Source of the DNA: Patescibacteria group bacterium
Lineage (GTDB): Bacteria > Patescibacteriota > Gracilibacteria > UBA4473
Reading direction: 5' to 3'
Assembly: GCA_965660445.1 (NCBI GenBank)
Contig: CBFIAK010000001.1
Span: 192,001 to 256,000, forward strand
DNA length: 64,000 nucleotides
The notes under the pieces were generated by a model that saw only the letters and a program-made list of their open reading frames with translations, did not search any database and had not been told where the DNA came from. Shown here in pieces: positions 30,414 through 39,881 of this stretch. Positions within the stretch are counted from its first letter, which is position 1. Each line of letters starts with the position of its first letter. A program made the position numbers and the translations under genes.

Positions 30414-31655
30414 ATGTCTCTTCAATCCCAAGACCCCGCCGTATACAGCGCTCTTCAAGGCGAAATTGAACGCCAAAGCACAGGGCTCGAACTTATCCCG
30501 TCAGAAAACTATGTGTCTCAAGCCGTGCTTGAAGCATCTGGTTCTATACTTACCAATAAATACAGCGAAGGATACCCTGGACGTCGTTACTACGGAGGTC
30601 AAGAATATACCGATATCATCGAAAACCTTGCCATCGAACGAGCGTGCAGTCTTTTCAATTGCCAATACGCAAACGTGCAACCTCATTCTGGTGCTCCTGC
30701 CAATATCGCTACCTATTTTGCGTTGCTTCAACCCGGAGACACTATTTTAGGAATGGATCTTTCCCATGGTGGGCACCTAACCCACGGACACCCCGTGACT
30801 CATATTGCCAAAATTTTTCGGTTTGTACGATACGGTATGAAAGATATTACTACCGGAGAAATAGACTACGAAGCTCTTCGCCAAACAGCCCTCAAAGAAA
30901 AACCAAAAATGATCTTAGCCGGGTTTTCCGCCTACCCGCGTGAACTCGACTACCAAAAATTTGCCGATATCGCCCAAGAAGTCGGCGCTTATGCCGTTGC
31001 CGATATCGCCCATATCGCCGGACTTATCGCCGGAAAAGCACTCGCAAACCCGTTTGACTACGGGTTCGATGTGATGCTCTCAACAACCCATAAAACCCTT
31101 CGAGGTCCTCGAGGTGGGCTTATACTCGTGAAAGAGAACCCCGATATCATTAAAAAAATTAATAAATCAGTGTTCCCTGGGTTCCAAGGCGGTCCACATA
31201 TGCACCAAATTGCCGCTAAAGCAGTCTGCTTTGCAGAAGCACAAGATCCGTCGTTTCAAACCTATGCTCAAAACGTTATCCAAAACGCCAAAGCGATGGC
31301 AGACGTGTTTCTGCAAGAAAAAATTCGACTCATCACAGGAGGAACGGATAACCATCTTTTACTGGCGGATGTCTATAGTTCGCTCGGGGTTACCGGAAAA
31401 GAAGCCCAAACTGTGCTTGATGAAGTAGGAATCACCCTCAATATGAACGCTATCGCCGACGATCCACGCCCCCCCCTTGATCCATCAGGAATACGGTTTG
31501 GTACCCCAGCCATAACAACACGAGGGTTTGGTGTAAAAGAGTCAAAACAAGTCGCTCACGTGATGATTAACGTCTTAAGAGACAAAGATAACCCCGAAAC
31601 TAAAAAACGCGCTCGAAACGAAATTTTAGCGTTGTGTGAGGAGTATGCAGTATGA
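30414..31655 (+). CDS. glyA: Serine hydroxymethyltransferase
   Basis: LIPSENY, NKYSEGYPGRRYYGG, STTHKTLRGPRGG (PLP lysine). Confidence 0.98.
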   Translation: MSLQSQDPAVYSALQGEIERQSTGLELIPSENYVSQAVLEASGSILTNKYSEGYPGRRYYGGQEYTDIIENLAIERACSLFNCQYANVQPHSGAPANIATYFALLQPGDTILGMDLSHGGHLTHGHPVTHIAKIFRFVRYGMKDITTGEIDYEALRQTALKEKPKMILAGFSAYPRELDYQKFADIAQEVGAYAVADIAHIAGLIAGKALANPFDYGFDVMLSTTHKTLRGPRGGLILVKENPDIIKKINKSVFPGFQGGPHMHQIAAKAVCFAEAQDPSFQTYAQNVIQNAKAMADVFLQEKIRLITGGTDNHLLLADVYSSLGVTGKEAQTVLDEVGITLNMNAIADDPRPPLDPSGIRFGTPAITTRGFGVKESKQVAHVMINVLRDKDNPETKKRARNEILALCEEYAV

Positions 31656-31813
31656 ATCTCTGATTCATACTTCAGAATCTTGAATCTAGAATCTAAATTA
31701 GAATCTGGAATCTTGAATCTAGAATCTTGTTCCCATCACAAAAATCACAAGGCGTTGCAATGCCTTGTGATTTCTTCTAGATTCCAGATTCTAATTTGAG
31801 CTCTTTAGAGCTC
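31650..31813. repeat. Mosaic repeat locus R4 (approximate reverse complement of R3)
   Basis: GTATGAATC-tct-GATTCATAC, GAATCT heptamers, CTTGTTCCCATC linker, hairpin 31743-31772, GAGCTCTTTAGAGCTC 31798-31813. Confidence 0.9.
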
Positions 31814-31940
31814 CATAATATACCAAAAATTCACTTTGGCTCCCTTGGGTGGTGCTGAAGTGAATTTTTTCCTTTTTAAAAGGGGGTATTCTCGATTTAT
31901 CGAGATATAGAGGGGGAAATGGTTTCCCCCTCTACCCCCT

Positions 31941-32432
31941 TTACTGTATCTCAATCAACTCCACCTCAAATTGTAGCGGAGATCGTGGTGGAATAACGGG
32001 AGGGTATCCGTTTTCTCCGTATGCGAGAGAATACGGAATTAAGAGTTGTCTGACCTCTCCTGTTTTCATACCAACAAGTCCTTGGTCCCATCCAGTAATA
32101 ACTTGCTTTGCTCCGAGTATCAAAGAAAATGGTTGGTTTCTGTCTCGGCTTGAATCAAACTTTGTTCCGTCTAAAAACGTACCTGTGTAATGAACAACCA
32201 CTCGATCGCCTACCTTTGCTTCTGCGCCAGACCCTTCTGTAAGGGTTGTGATTTCGAGTTGTGTTACCGAGTCAGCCGTTCTAGGTGTTGGTGTATTCAT
32301 AGTATCAGATGATGAAGAAAGAGAGTTATCAGTGGAAGTGTTTTCAGGGGTATTTGGGTTTTCCGTATTCTGCGTTGTGCCACATCCTATAAGCACAAAA
32401 GCAACCATACCCACAAAGAAAGAATATTTCAT
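31941..32432 (-). CDS. FKBP-type peptidyl-prolyl isomerase, lipoprotein
   Basis: LIG-C lipobox; VHYTGTFLDGTKFDSS, VITGWDQGL, LAYG, IPP..L.FEVEL. Confidence 0.93.
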   Translation of the reverse strand: MKYSFFVGMVAFVLIGCGTTQNTENPNTPENTSTDNSLSSSSDTMNTPTPRTADSVTQLEITTLTEGSGAEAKVGDRVVVHYTGTFLDGTKFDSSRDRNQPFSLILGAKQVITGWDQGLVGMKTGEVRQLLIPYSLAYGENGYPPVIPPRSPLQFEVELIEIQ

Positions 32433-32540
32433 GAAAAAGAAATTAAATATTTCTTTTACCCTACTCACACTCCCAAAAAAATCAAGAAACTATTCGTCAA
32501 GATATAAAAAATAAGTATAGTAACCCTATATTTTCTTGGT

Positions 32541-33806
32541 ATGCATTTTTCTGAATTTCAGGCTGCACAGCGAGTTCTCATCTATGGATTTGGAATCGAA
32601 GGTCAATCAAGTTTTCAGTTTCTGACCCAACAGTTTCCACAGAAAATAGTCCATATGTATGACAAAAACCCGCAATATATTGATCATCCTCAGTTTCAGT
32701 CGTTGCCCCTTGATGACTACGATATTATCGTTGTGAGCCCCGGAGTCGATCGGTATTCTTTTTCAAAGTCTCAACAAAAAAAACTAACCGGACAATGTGA
32801 TATATTCTTTGCGAATATTACAGAACCACAACGTCAAAAAATTATCGGTATCACCGGTACAAAAGGAAAATCAACAACCACAAAGTTCTGCTTAGATCTC
32901 CTCACTCGATGGGGCAAATCAGTTGTTGCATCAGGAAACTACGGAAACCCCCTTCTTGATATCTATCGTGATTTTCAAAACAATCAATATGACTATGTGG
33001 TGTGCGAACTCTCGAGTTATCAGTTGCAACATCTTCAATCATCACCCCATATAGCCTTATTTCTCAATATCTATCCCGAACACCTTGAACGTCATCACGG
33101 ATACGAAGGATACAAAGAAGCCAAGTCACGGTTGTGGCAGTTTCAGTCCGAAACAGATATCGTGTTTGTTCAAGAAAAGTTTTGTGATTTCGTCCAAAAT
33201 ACACCCCAAACATGCATCTGTGCATCAGCCGTTGATGCCTCGTTTTTTCCAGAAAAATCTATATTTCGAGCAAACCATTTCCTCGAAAACTTCGGACTCG
33301 TGTGGGAACTTGCTCAATACCTCGGTATTGAAAAAGAAGTATTTACCCAAACCGCACAAACCTTTGTTGGACTCGAACACCGACTCGAGTTTGTCGCCGA
33401 AAAAAATGGAGTCCAATTCTTTAATGATTCAATCTCAACCAATATCTACAGCGCTGCTCGCGCTCTTGAGTATTTTGCTCATACACTCGGGTTTCTCATT
33501 ATCGGAGGACAAAACAAAGACGGCGAATACGAACTCCTCTACCAAGCACTCCAAAAGTATTGTCCCAACGCATGGGTGGGAGTGCTTCAATCAGACGTGA
33601 GCCATTCAATACAAAGTGTTTTTGAACATCATCAGTTTACCCAGTTTTCTCTTGTCTCGTCTCTCGATGAAGCCGTACGTTTGAGCGTCACGAAAACACC
33701 ATTCGGAAAAGTGTGTTTATTGTCGCCATCAGCAAAAAGTTTTGATGGGTTTCGTGATTATAAACACCGTGGAGAAGTGTTTAAACAATCAGTTTATGCC
33801 CTATAA
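32541..33806 (+). CDS. murD: UDP-N-acetylmuramoyl-L-alanine--D-glutamate ligase
   Basis: VSPG, GITGTKGKSTT, ELSSYQL, GLEHRLE, NDSISTN, LLSPSAKSFD. Confidence 0.93.
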   Translation: MHFSEFQAAQRVLIYGFGIEGQSSFQFLTQQFPQKIVHMYDKNPQYIDHPQFQSLPLDDYDIIVVSPGVDRYSFSKSQQKKLTGQCDIFFANITEPQRQKIIGITGTKGKSTTTKFCLDLLTRWGKSVVASGNYGNPLLDIYRDFQNNQYDYVVCELSSYQLQHLQSSPHIALFLNIYPEHLERHHGYEGYKEAKSRLWQFQSETDIVFVQEKFCDFVQNTPQTCICASAVDASFFPEKSIFRANHFLENFGLVWELAQYLGIEKEVFTQTAQTFVGLEHRLEFVAEKNGVQFFNDSISTNIYSAARALEYFAHTLGFLIIGGQNKDGEYELLYQALQKYCPNAWVGVLQSDVSHSIQSVFEHHQFTQFSLVSSLDEAVRLSVTKTPFGKVCLLSPSAKSFDGFRDYKHRGEVFKQSVYAL

Positions 33807-34865
33807 CGCTTTACTCGAAATTCCTCGATCAGCGAAATATTTTTTGTAATCAGACAGGGTTTTTATGAGTTTTCCTAAAATATCAAACCGAGATTCATAC
33901 AACGGATGATCAGGTGTGATGTGCTGGAAATAAGACCGAAACACAGGAAAAACACAGTAATATTTTCGCATTTGGTGGTGTTTTTTTTCTATTTGATGCG
34001 GTGTCGATTCTGGAAACCGATCAATTATATCAATTGCGTTTACCTCAAAATCAGCATATTTCACCGCTACCGCTTTTGGGTTTTCACATACCAACGCAAT
34101 ATAGTTTTTATACAACTCGTTTTTTATTTTTCGTTTTCCTGATTGTCGCCCGAGTTGTAACTGTGACTCAATTAGCGCATCAAAATCGGGTTTAGAAACC
34201 GTCGAAATTATATCAGTGACCTCTTTTGCTTCAATGTATTCTTCACTATTTGCGTCTGCGTTTGAACCCCTTATAAGAAACTGAATATTATTGAGTGCTT
34301 TGTGTTCAATGTCTTGCGTGTGATGCATTTTGTGTAAATGTTGTTTCTTGGCTAAATACAACGGATTGTCTTCAATGGTGTCATGTAGCAACCCCGCAAT
34401 AACAAGCGTTTTATTGGGAGTGCGTACGTGTTTTGTTAAAATATTATACGCAACTTCTAATACATGCCCAATAACGGGTTGCCCTTCAAGTCGGTTTTTT
34501 TGATCAATGTGTACTTCAAGAGCTAAAAGAAGCATATTGAAAATTTGTCGTTGATCTTGTTCGCTCTCAAACTTTTCACAGACCTGTGTCATGAAATTAT
34601 CAAGTAATTCATGAATAGACCGAATTTTCTCAACCCGAGATTTTAAAACTTCTAATGATACCGGCTGATTTAGAATCGGTGAAGACGCTAATATATACTC
34701 AGTATCAATATTTTTTTTCGGGTTATGAAACTGTAAAATTTCAAGAATCCGTTTTCGAAAAGTTTTTACCGTTTGATACGGAATCATCTCACCACGATTT
34801 GTCCTCGTTGAGAAATGAACGAGTTCTTGTAGTTCTTGTAGAGGCGTGTGTGTGTATGATTCCAT
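33801..34865 (-). CDS. HD-domain protein, RelA/SpoT hydrolase-like
   Basis: H..Q.R..G.P...H..EVA, AGLLHDTIED, AVAVKYAD motifs. Confidence 0.6.
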   Translation of the reverse strand: MESYTHTPLQELQELVHFSTRTNRGEMIPYQTVKTFRKRILEILQFHNPKKNIDTEYILASSPILNQPVSLEVLKSRVEKIRSIHELLDNFMTQVCEKFESEQDQRQIFNMLLLALEVHIDQKNRLEGQPVIGHVLEVAYNILTKHVRTPNKTLVIAGLLHDTIEDNPLYLAKKQHLHKMHHTQDIEHKALNNIQFLIRGSNADANSEEYIEAKEVTDIISTVSKPDFDALIESQLQLGRQSGKRKIKNELYKNYIALVCENPKAVAVKYADFEVNAIDIIDRFPESTPHQIEKKHHQMRKYYCVFPVFRSYFQHITPDHPLYESRFDILGKLIKTLSDYKKYFADRGISSKAL

Positions 34866-34935
34866 AAGAAAATCCCTCCATTATACCACAAAAGAAGGAT
34901 TTATTCAAGAAAGACACCCCAAACTTCACCGTATC

Positions 34936-34966
34936 AAAAAAACCTCGCTTTTGGCGAGGTTTTTTT
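34936..34966 (-). terminator. Intrinsic terminator of tuf
   Basis: A7-CCTCGC-ttttg-GCGAGG-T7. Confidence 0.85.
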
Positions 34967-34992
34967 GTGTATCAAACGAAGTATTCGTTTTT

Positions 34993-36186
34993 TTATTTTA
35001 AGATTTTTGTAACTACTCCTGCTCCTACAGTTCGTCCTCCTTCTCGGATCGCGAAACGAGTTCCTTCATCAAGAGCAATTTCTTTTCCAAGAACAACTTT
35101 GAATTTTGCGTTGTCTCCTGGCATTACCATCTCAACTCCGTCTGGAAGAATAATTTCTCCTGTTACGTCTGTTGTTCGGATAAAGAACTGAGGTTTGTAT
35201 CCTTTAAAGAATGGTGTGTGTCGACCTCCTTCTTCTTTTTTCAAAATCAAAACTTCTGCTTCAATTTCACTGTGTGGAGTAATCGTTCCTGTTTTTGCCA
35301 AAACTTGTCCTCGTTCAATGTCGTCACGTTCAACTCCTCGAAGCAAAAGCCCCACATTGTCTCCCGCTCGACCTTCATCAAGCAATTTTTTGAACATTTC
35401 AACTCCCGTAACAATTGTTTTTCCAGTTGGTCGAAGCCCTACAATTGATACTTCTTCTCCAACTTTTACAATCCCTTGTTCAATACGTCCTGTTGCTACA
35501 GTTCCTCGTCCTTTAATAGAAAATACGTCTTCAACAGCCATTAAGAATGGTTTGTCTGTGTCTCGTTCTGGTTCAGGAATTTCAGAATCTAGCGCTGCCA
35601 TGAGTTCCATGATTTTGTCCCCCCATGGTCCTGCTGGGTCTTCAAGAGCTTTTAACGCTGAACCTCGAATGATTTTTGCGTTGTCTCCATCAAAATCTCG
35701 TTTAGAAAGTTCTTCACGAACTTCCATTTCTACCAAATCAATCATTTCTTCGTCATCAACCATGTCGCATTTATTCAAAAATACAACAATGTTTTGAACC
35801 CCTACTTGTTTTGCCAAAAGAATGTGTTCTTTTGTTTGTGGCATTGGTCCATCAGTGGCAGCAACTACCAATACAGCTCCATCCATTTGTGCGGCTCCTG
35901 TAATCATGTTTTTAACGTAGTCAGCATGCCCTGGACAGTCTACGTGTGCGTAGTGTCGGTTTTCTGTTTCGTATTCTTGGTGAGAAGTAGCAATGGTAAT
36001 ACCACGAGCTTTTTCTTCAGGTGCATTGTCGATTTTATCGAATGCAATTTCTTTGTTCACGTTTGAGGGAAGTCTGTTTGCTAATGTGTAAGTAATCGCA
36101 GCAGTCAAAGTAGTTTTCCCGTGGTCAACGTGTCCAATGGTACCCACATTTACATGCGGTTTTGAACGGTCGAATTTATCTGCCAT
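34993..36186 (-). CDS. tuf: Elongation factor Tu
   Basis: [33 protein letters not shown]. Confidence 0.99.
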   Translation of the reverse strand: MADKFDRSKPHVNVGTIGHVDHGKTTLTAAITYTLANRLPSNVNKEIAFDKIDNAPEEKARGITIATSHQEYETENRHYAHVDCPGHADYVKNMITGAAQMDGAVLVVAATDGPMPQTKEHILLAKQVGVQNIVVFLNKCDMVDDEEMIDLVEMEVREELSKRDFDGDNAKIIRGSALKALEDPAGPWGDKIMELMAALDSEIPEPERDTDKPFLMAVEDVFSIKGRGTVATGRIEQGIVKVGEEVSIVGLRPTGKTIVTGVEMFKKLLDEGRAGDNVGLLLRGVERDDIERGQVLAKTGTITPHSEIEAEVLILKKEEGGRHTPFFKGYKPQFFIRTTDVTGEIILPDGVEMVMPGDNAKFKVVLGKEIALDEGTRFAIREGGRTVGAGVVTKILK

Positions 36187-36421
36187 TTGTATAGAGAATT
36201 AAAAAAGTACCCCCACAATGTATTTTTTATTTTGGTTTTGTCAAACTTTTTTCCCATTGCATAAGCCCTGAAACCATGAAAAATGTATTGACACTTGGGG
36301 TTATATATACTAAACAGAATCTGTTTAAGGGATGACGCGTATTTATGTGTCTCAAACAAATACTTCGTTCTTTTATATTTCGACAAAACATATTTATTTT
36401 CATAATAAAAAGGAGGGCGCT

Positions 36422-36922
36422 ATGCGTTCATATTTTCTCTTATTGCTCTTGTTCTTGAGCAGTATAACAATCGCGTCTTCGTATGAAGACAAAACAGAAC
36501 ATGCACTCCGGTGCACAAAAGAACTCGCGCAAGTAAAAGAGTACTTTATTGATCTTGGATACCCATTTAAAGACGAATATAAATCAGGCGATGCTCGTGT
36601 CATTGAGTTTGTCCGAGATGGAATAACTATTTATATCGGCTGGGAATCAGGGTATGTGCTTCGATCAGATGTGCATGTCTATAAAATATTTATAAAAAAA
36701 CCAGACGCCAAAAGAAATCTTATCATTCTGTACGATTGGTGGAAAAACGTATATGATTTCTATTATGCAACCGAATACGGAAGTGAGTTGTCAGAAGATC
36801 CTGAAAAATCAGGTGTGTATGCTTCATCGGTTCACCTTTTTCTTGAGCCGCTTGGTTTTAAGGAGTACGAACGACGTGTGGAACTGATCTTTAGTGATTT
36901 TAAAAAATCACTTAATAAATAA
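36422..36922 (+). CDS. Hypothetical secreted protein (paralog of the next gene)
   Basis: AAGGAGG RBS before ATG 36422; signal peptide MRSYFLLLLLFLSSITIA. Confidence 0.7.
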   Translation: MRSYFLLLLLFLSSITIASSYEDKTEHALRCTKELAQVKEYFIDLGYPFKDEYKSGDARVIEFVRDGITIYIGWESGYVLRSDVHVYKIFIKKPDAKRNLIILYDWWKNVYDFYYATEYGSELSEDPEKSGVYASSVHLFLEPLGFKEYERRVELIFSDFKKSLNK

Positions 36923-36948
36923 TTTTTTTTTACAAACGGAGGAATTCT

Positions 36949-37467
36949 ATGCGACTACTCAATGCACTGGTTATGGTGTTGTTTTTCTTATTCTTTTTTT
37001 CAGCTTCTGCTCAATGGTATTCATATGAGACAGAAGGTGATTTTGTCCTCAAAAACGAGGAAAAATTAAAAGAATTAAAAAACAAACTCACCAAAAACGG
37101 ATACGTTATCCTATCAGATTACCAAAAAGGTGACATACGAGGGTTTCAGTTTTCTGTCAATGAAGACGCCCCATTTATTGCCATTGTCGCCTACGAAAAA
37201 GGAACCATATGGCGGTGGGATGTGCGATTATATACCATAATCGCCAAACCCAAAGAAGCACAAAAACCCGTCGAAATTGTTTGGGGTAAGGACGATCTGT
37301 ATGATCTGTATTACCTTAACAACAATACCCAAAGTCGAGTCAGCAATGACCCAGCGAAAACAGGTATTATTTTTACGTCTATTCCAGAACAACTGGAAAA
37401 ACACGGTATGAAATCAGTTTCTGTCCATATAAAAACAGTGATAGAAACGTATTTCAAAAAACCATAA
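36949..37467 (+). CDS. Hypothetical secreted protein (paralog of the previous gene)
   Basis: GGAGG RBS; signal peptide ending ASA-Q; aligns with the 36422 product. Confidence 0.7.
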   Translation: MRLLNALVMVLFFLFFFSASAQWYSYETEGDFVLKNEEKLKELKNKLTKNGYVILSDYQKGDIRGFQFSVNEDAPFIAIVAYEKGTIWRWDVRLYTIIAKPKEAQKPVEIVWGKDDLYDLYYLNNNTQSRVSNDPAKTGIIFTSIPEQLEKHGMKSVSVHIKTVIETYFKKP

Positions 37468-37474
37468 ACACTCT

Positions 37475-37505
37475 ACACCACTTTTCTAGAAGTGGTGTTT
37501 TTTTT
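37475..37505 (+). terminator. Intrinsic terminator
   Basis: ACACCACTT-ttctag-AAGTGGTGT followed by a T-tract. Confidence 0.75.
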
Positions 37506-37518
37506 ATGTCTCGTTCCC

Positions 37519-37992
37519 TTATAATCGAAAGATTTGATCGTCTTCTTGAAGATCAAAAAGCGGCGCATTAATGAGCGTTTCTACTTCTTCTTCCTCAAGA
37601 TCACCAAAGTTCCAGCAATCAAGTATTTGTACGGTCACTGCTTCGTGAAACTGTTTTCGAAGTGATGACTTGAGTGTTTCAGTCTGCGAGTTCTGTGCGT
37701 ACACAATACCATACTTTTCTGGAAAATGATGCCGTTCAATAAGTGTCTCTTTCGCTTTGTTTAACACAAACGGGTTGTCGAGTACATGCTCTGCATCCAA
37801 ATCAATAACGTTCCCACAAATCTCAAGAAGAAGAGTGTGTTCGAGCATCACAGGGCGTCCGAGTATCTCGGAAGCTTTTCGTGAAAAAGACGCTTCATCA
37901 GGTGAAGAATGAAGCAATTTTTTTTCGAATATTAAACAATGAGGCCGCGGGATGAATGATTCGAGTGTTGAGTACAATGCCTTTGTAGTCAT
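37519..37992 (-). CDS. Hypothetical protein
   Basis: 157 aa ORF filling the gap between convergent and divergent neighbours. Confidence 0.6.
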   Translation of the reverse strand: MTTKALYSTLESFIPRPHCLIFEKKLLHSSPDEASFSRKASEILGRPVMLEHTLLLEICGNVIDLDAEHVLDNPFVLNKAKETLIERHHFPEKYGIVYAQNSQTETLKSSLRKQFHEAVTVQILDCWNFGDLEEEEVETLINAPLFDLQEDDQIFRL

Positions 37993-38109
37993 ACGAATTA
38001 TAAAAAGACACCGGCATAATAATCATTGTTCAAAAAAATCAAAGAAAAAAATGACATTTCTTAAAAATATGGCACAATTTAAAAAACATTTCTTTTTTTA
38101 TTTTTTGTT

Positions 38110-39237
38110 ATGGATCTTCTTATTGGGTTTGCAGTATTGTCTATTGTGCTTCTTGGGGGCTTCTTTTTTATCAGTTCAAAAATTGAGAAAATGAAGTCTT
38201 CAGCCGATACCGAAAAAATAGAAAAAACATTGTTTCAACTTGAAAGTCTGCATAAATTGCTCGGCGAAAATCGACGTGAAACCTCAGAAAATATGTCGAA
38301 AAACTCAGAAAAAATACAAGCTCGTCTCGACCAAACAATTGATTTTTTAATGAAACAGTTATCAGATGTGAATAAATCAGTCGACGGAAAACTCACCGAA
38401 AACACGAAAATACTCGGAGACCGGCTCGATAACGCCGCAAAAGTGATCTCTTCAGTGCGAGGAGAGCTCGGGAAAATGCAAGAATTGAGTCCTCATATCA
38501 AAGGACTCTCAAATATCTTCAATTCGCCAAAACTGCGAGGCGGTATGGGGGAAAAAATACTTGAAACAGTCTTGTCTGAACGACTTCCAAAAAATATGTG
38601 GCAGTTGCAGCATACATTTAAAGGCGGAGAAACTGTTGATGCGGCTATTTTTACGCAATCGGGTATTATTCCTATTGACGCAAAGTTTCCGCTCGATAAT
38701 TTTCGTAAACTGATTGAGTCTGACTCAGAAGAAGAAAAAGTACGTGTAAAAAAAGAGTTTGAAAAAGATGTGAAAAAACAAATAACCGATATTGCCAAAA
38801 AATATATCCGTCCCGATGAACGCACAACCCCCTTTGCAATTATGTATCTCCCCGCAGAAGACCTCTATTATGAAGCCGCTATCCGTTCAGAATCCCTCAC
38901 TGATTTTGCTGCTGAAAAAAATGTAACGATGGTGTCTCCTAATATCTTTTATCATTTCTTAGGTATCGTGCTTCTTTCTTTGCAAAGCCAAAAAATGAAC
39001 GAACAAGCCGGAAAAGTGTTGCAACTTATTAAAGGAGTGCAAGTGGAATCAGAAAAGTTTGAAGAAACACTTTCTCTGCTTTCTGGTCATATAAACCGAT
39101 CCGCTAAAGCAATGGAAAAAGCCGAAGGAGGATATAAAAAACTGACCACAAAAATAGAAACCATTGCTCATGTAGGAGAAATGTTACCAGAGAGTAGCAC
39201 CCAAACATCGTTATTGGAAAATCACGATGAGGAATAA
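38110..39237 (+). CDS. rmuC: DNA recombination protein RmuC family
   Basis: N-terminal TM and coiled coil; RGGMGE..LE, VDAAI, PIDAKFP, KKYI.P, FAIMYLPAE.LY. Confidence 0.9.
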   Translation: MDLLIGFAVLSIVLLGGFFFISSKIEKMKSSADTEKIEKTLFQLESLHKLLGENRRETSENMSKNSEKIQARLDQTIDFLMKQLSDVNKSVDGKLTENTKILGDRLDNAAKVISSVRGELGKMQELSPHIKGLSNIFNSPKLRGGMGEKILETVLSERLPKNMWQLQHTFKGGETVDAAIFTQSGIIPIDAKFPLDNFRKLIESDSEEEKVRVKKEFEKDVKKQITDIAKKYIRPDERTTPFAIMYLPAEDLYYEAAIRSESLTDFAAEKNVTMVSPNIFYHFLGIVLLSLQSQKMNEQAGKVLQLIKGVQVESEKFEETLSLLSGHINRSAKAMEKAEGGYKKLTTKIETIAHVGEMLPESSTQTSLLENHDEE

Positions 39238-39881
39238 GGATGTGATTTGATGCCCTCAAGATTTCCGTTTTTGAGCATTTGCATCTCTGTTTCAGAATCT
39301 TTTTTTGAAAGAATATCACAAGCGTCTGCTCCGTCATATTTTGCTCGTCCCATGCCATGCATTAAAGCATCGTCTCGTAAAATCGGGTTTTTGAGCATGT
39401 GAAAAACGACCTGACAAATCCGTTCTCCTACATATAACCGAATAACCTGTGATGTTGTTCGGTTTAAAATAGGAATCATTAAGCTTCCTGAATAATGAGC
39501 GTCTATAATACCTGTGAGATCAACAGTGAGTCCGCGTCGATTAATAGAGCTTCGTGGATAGAGTATCCCCATAATGTCGTCAGCAGAAAGAGTAATTGAT
39601 TCCAGTGTTGATGCTAAAATAGATTCCCCTGGAGCCAACTCAAAGTATTGCCCTGGTTGGAGTTCTAGTTTTTCAAAATTGTTCCCTGCAGATTGTGTCA
39701 CGTCAACCGTGAGTATGCGTCGCCCTTCTTTTTCAAGAGTCCATATTTTGGGAATATAAAACACAGTGCCAAGCCGTAAATCAACAGCGTGAGGCTGGTT
39801 TTGAAACTGATCAAGTTGAGGAGAAAACACGATTTCACCTGATTGGATTCTGTTGTGGATATCGTGTCGAGTGAGAATCAT
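39222..39881 (-). CDS. dcd: dCTP deaminase
   Basis: QPHAVDLRLG, RSSINRRGL, GIIDAHYSG, GERICQ. Confidence 0.88.
   Translation of the reverse strand: MILTRHDIHNRIQSGEIVFSPQLDQFQNQPHAVDLRLGTVFYIPKIWTLEKEGRRILTVDVTQSAGNNFEKLELQPGQYFELAPGESILASTLESITLSADDIMGILYPRSSINRRGLTVDLTGIIDAHYSGSLMIPILNRTTSQVIRLYVGERICQVVFHMLKNPILRDDALMHGMGRAKYDGADACDILSKKDSETEMQMLKNGNLEGIKSHPYSSS

Noticed and set aside
35195-35797. 200-aa antisense ORF over tuf and other shadow ORFs in the track
   Set aside because: They overlap well-supported genes on the opposite strand and show no family motifs.
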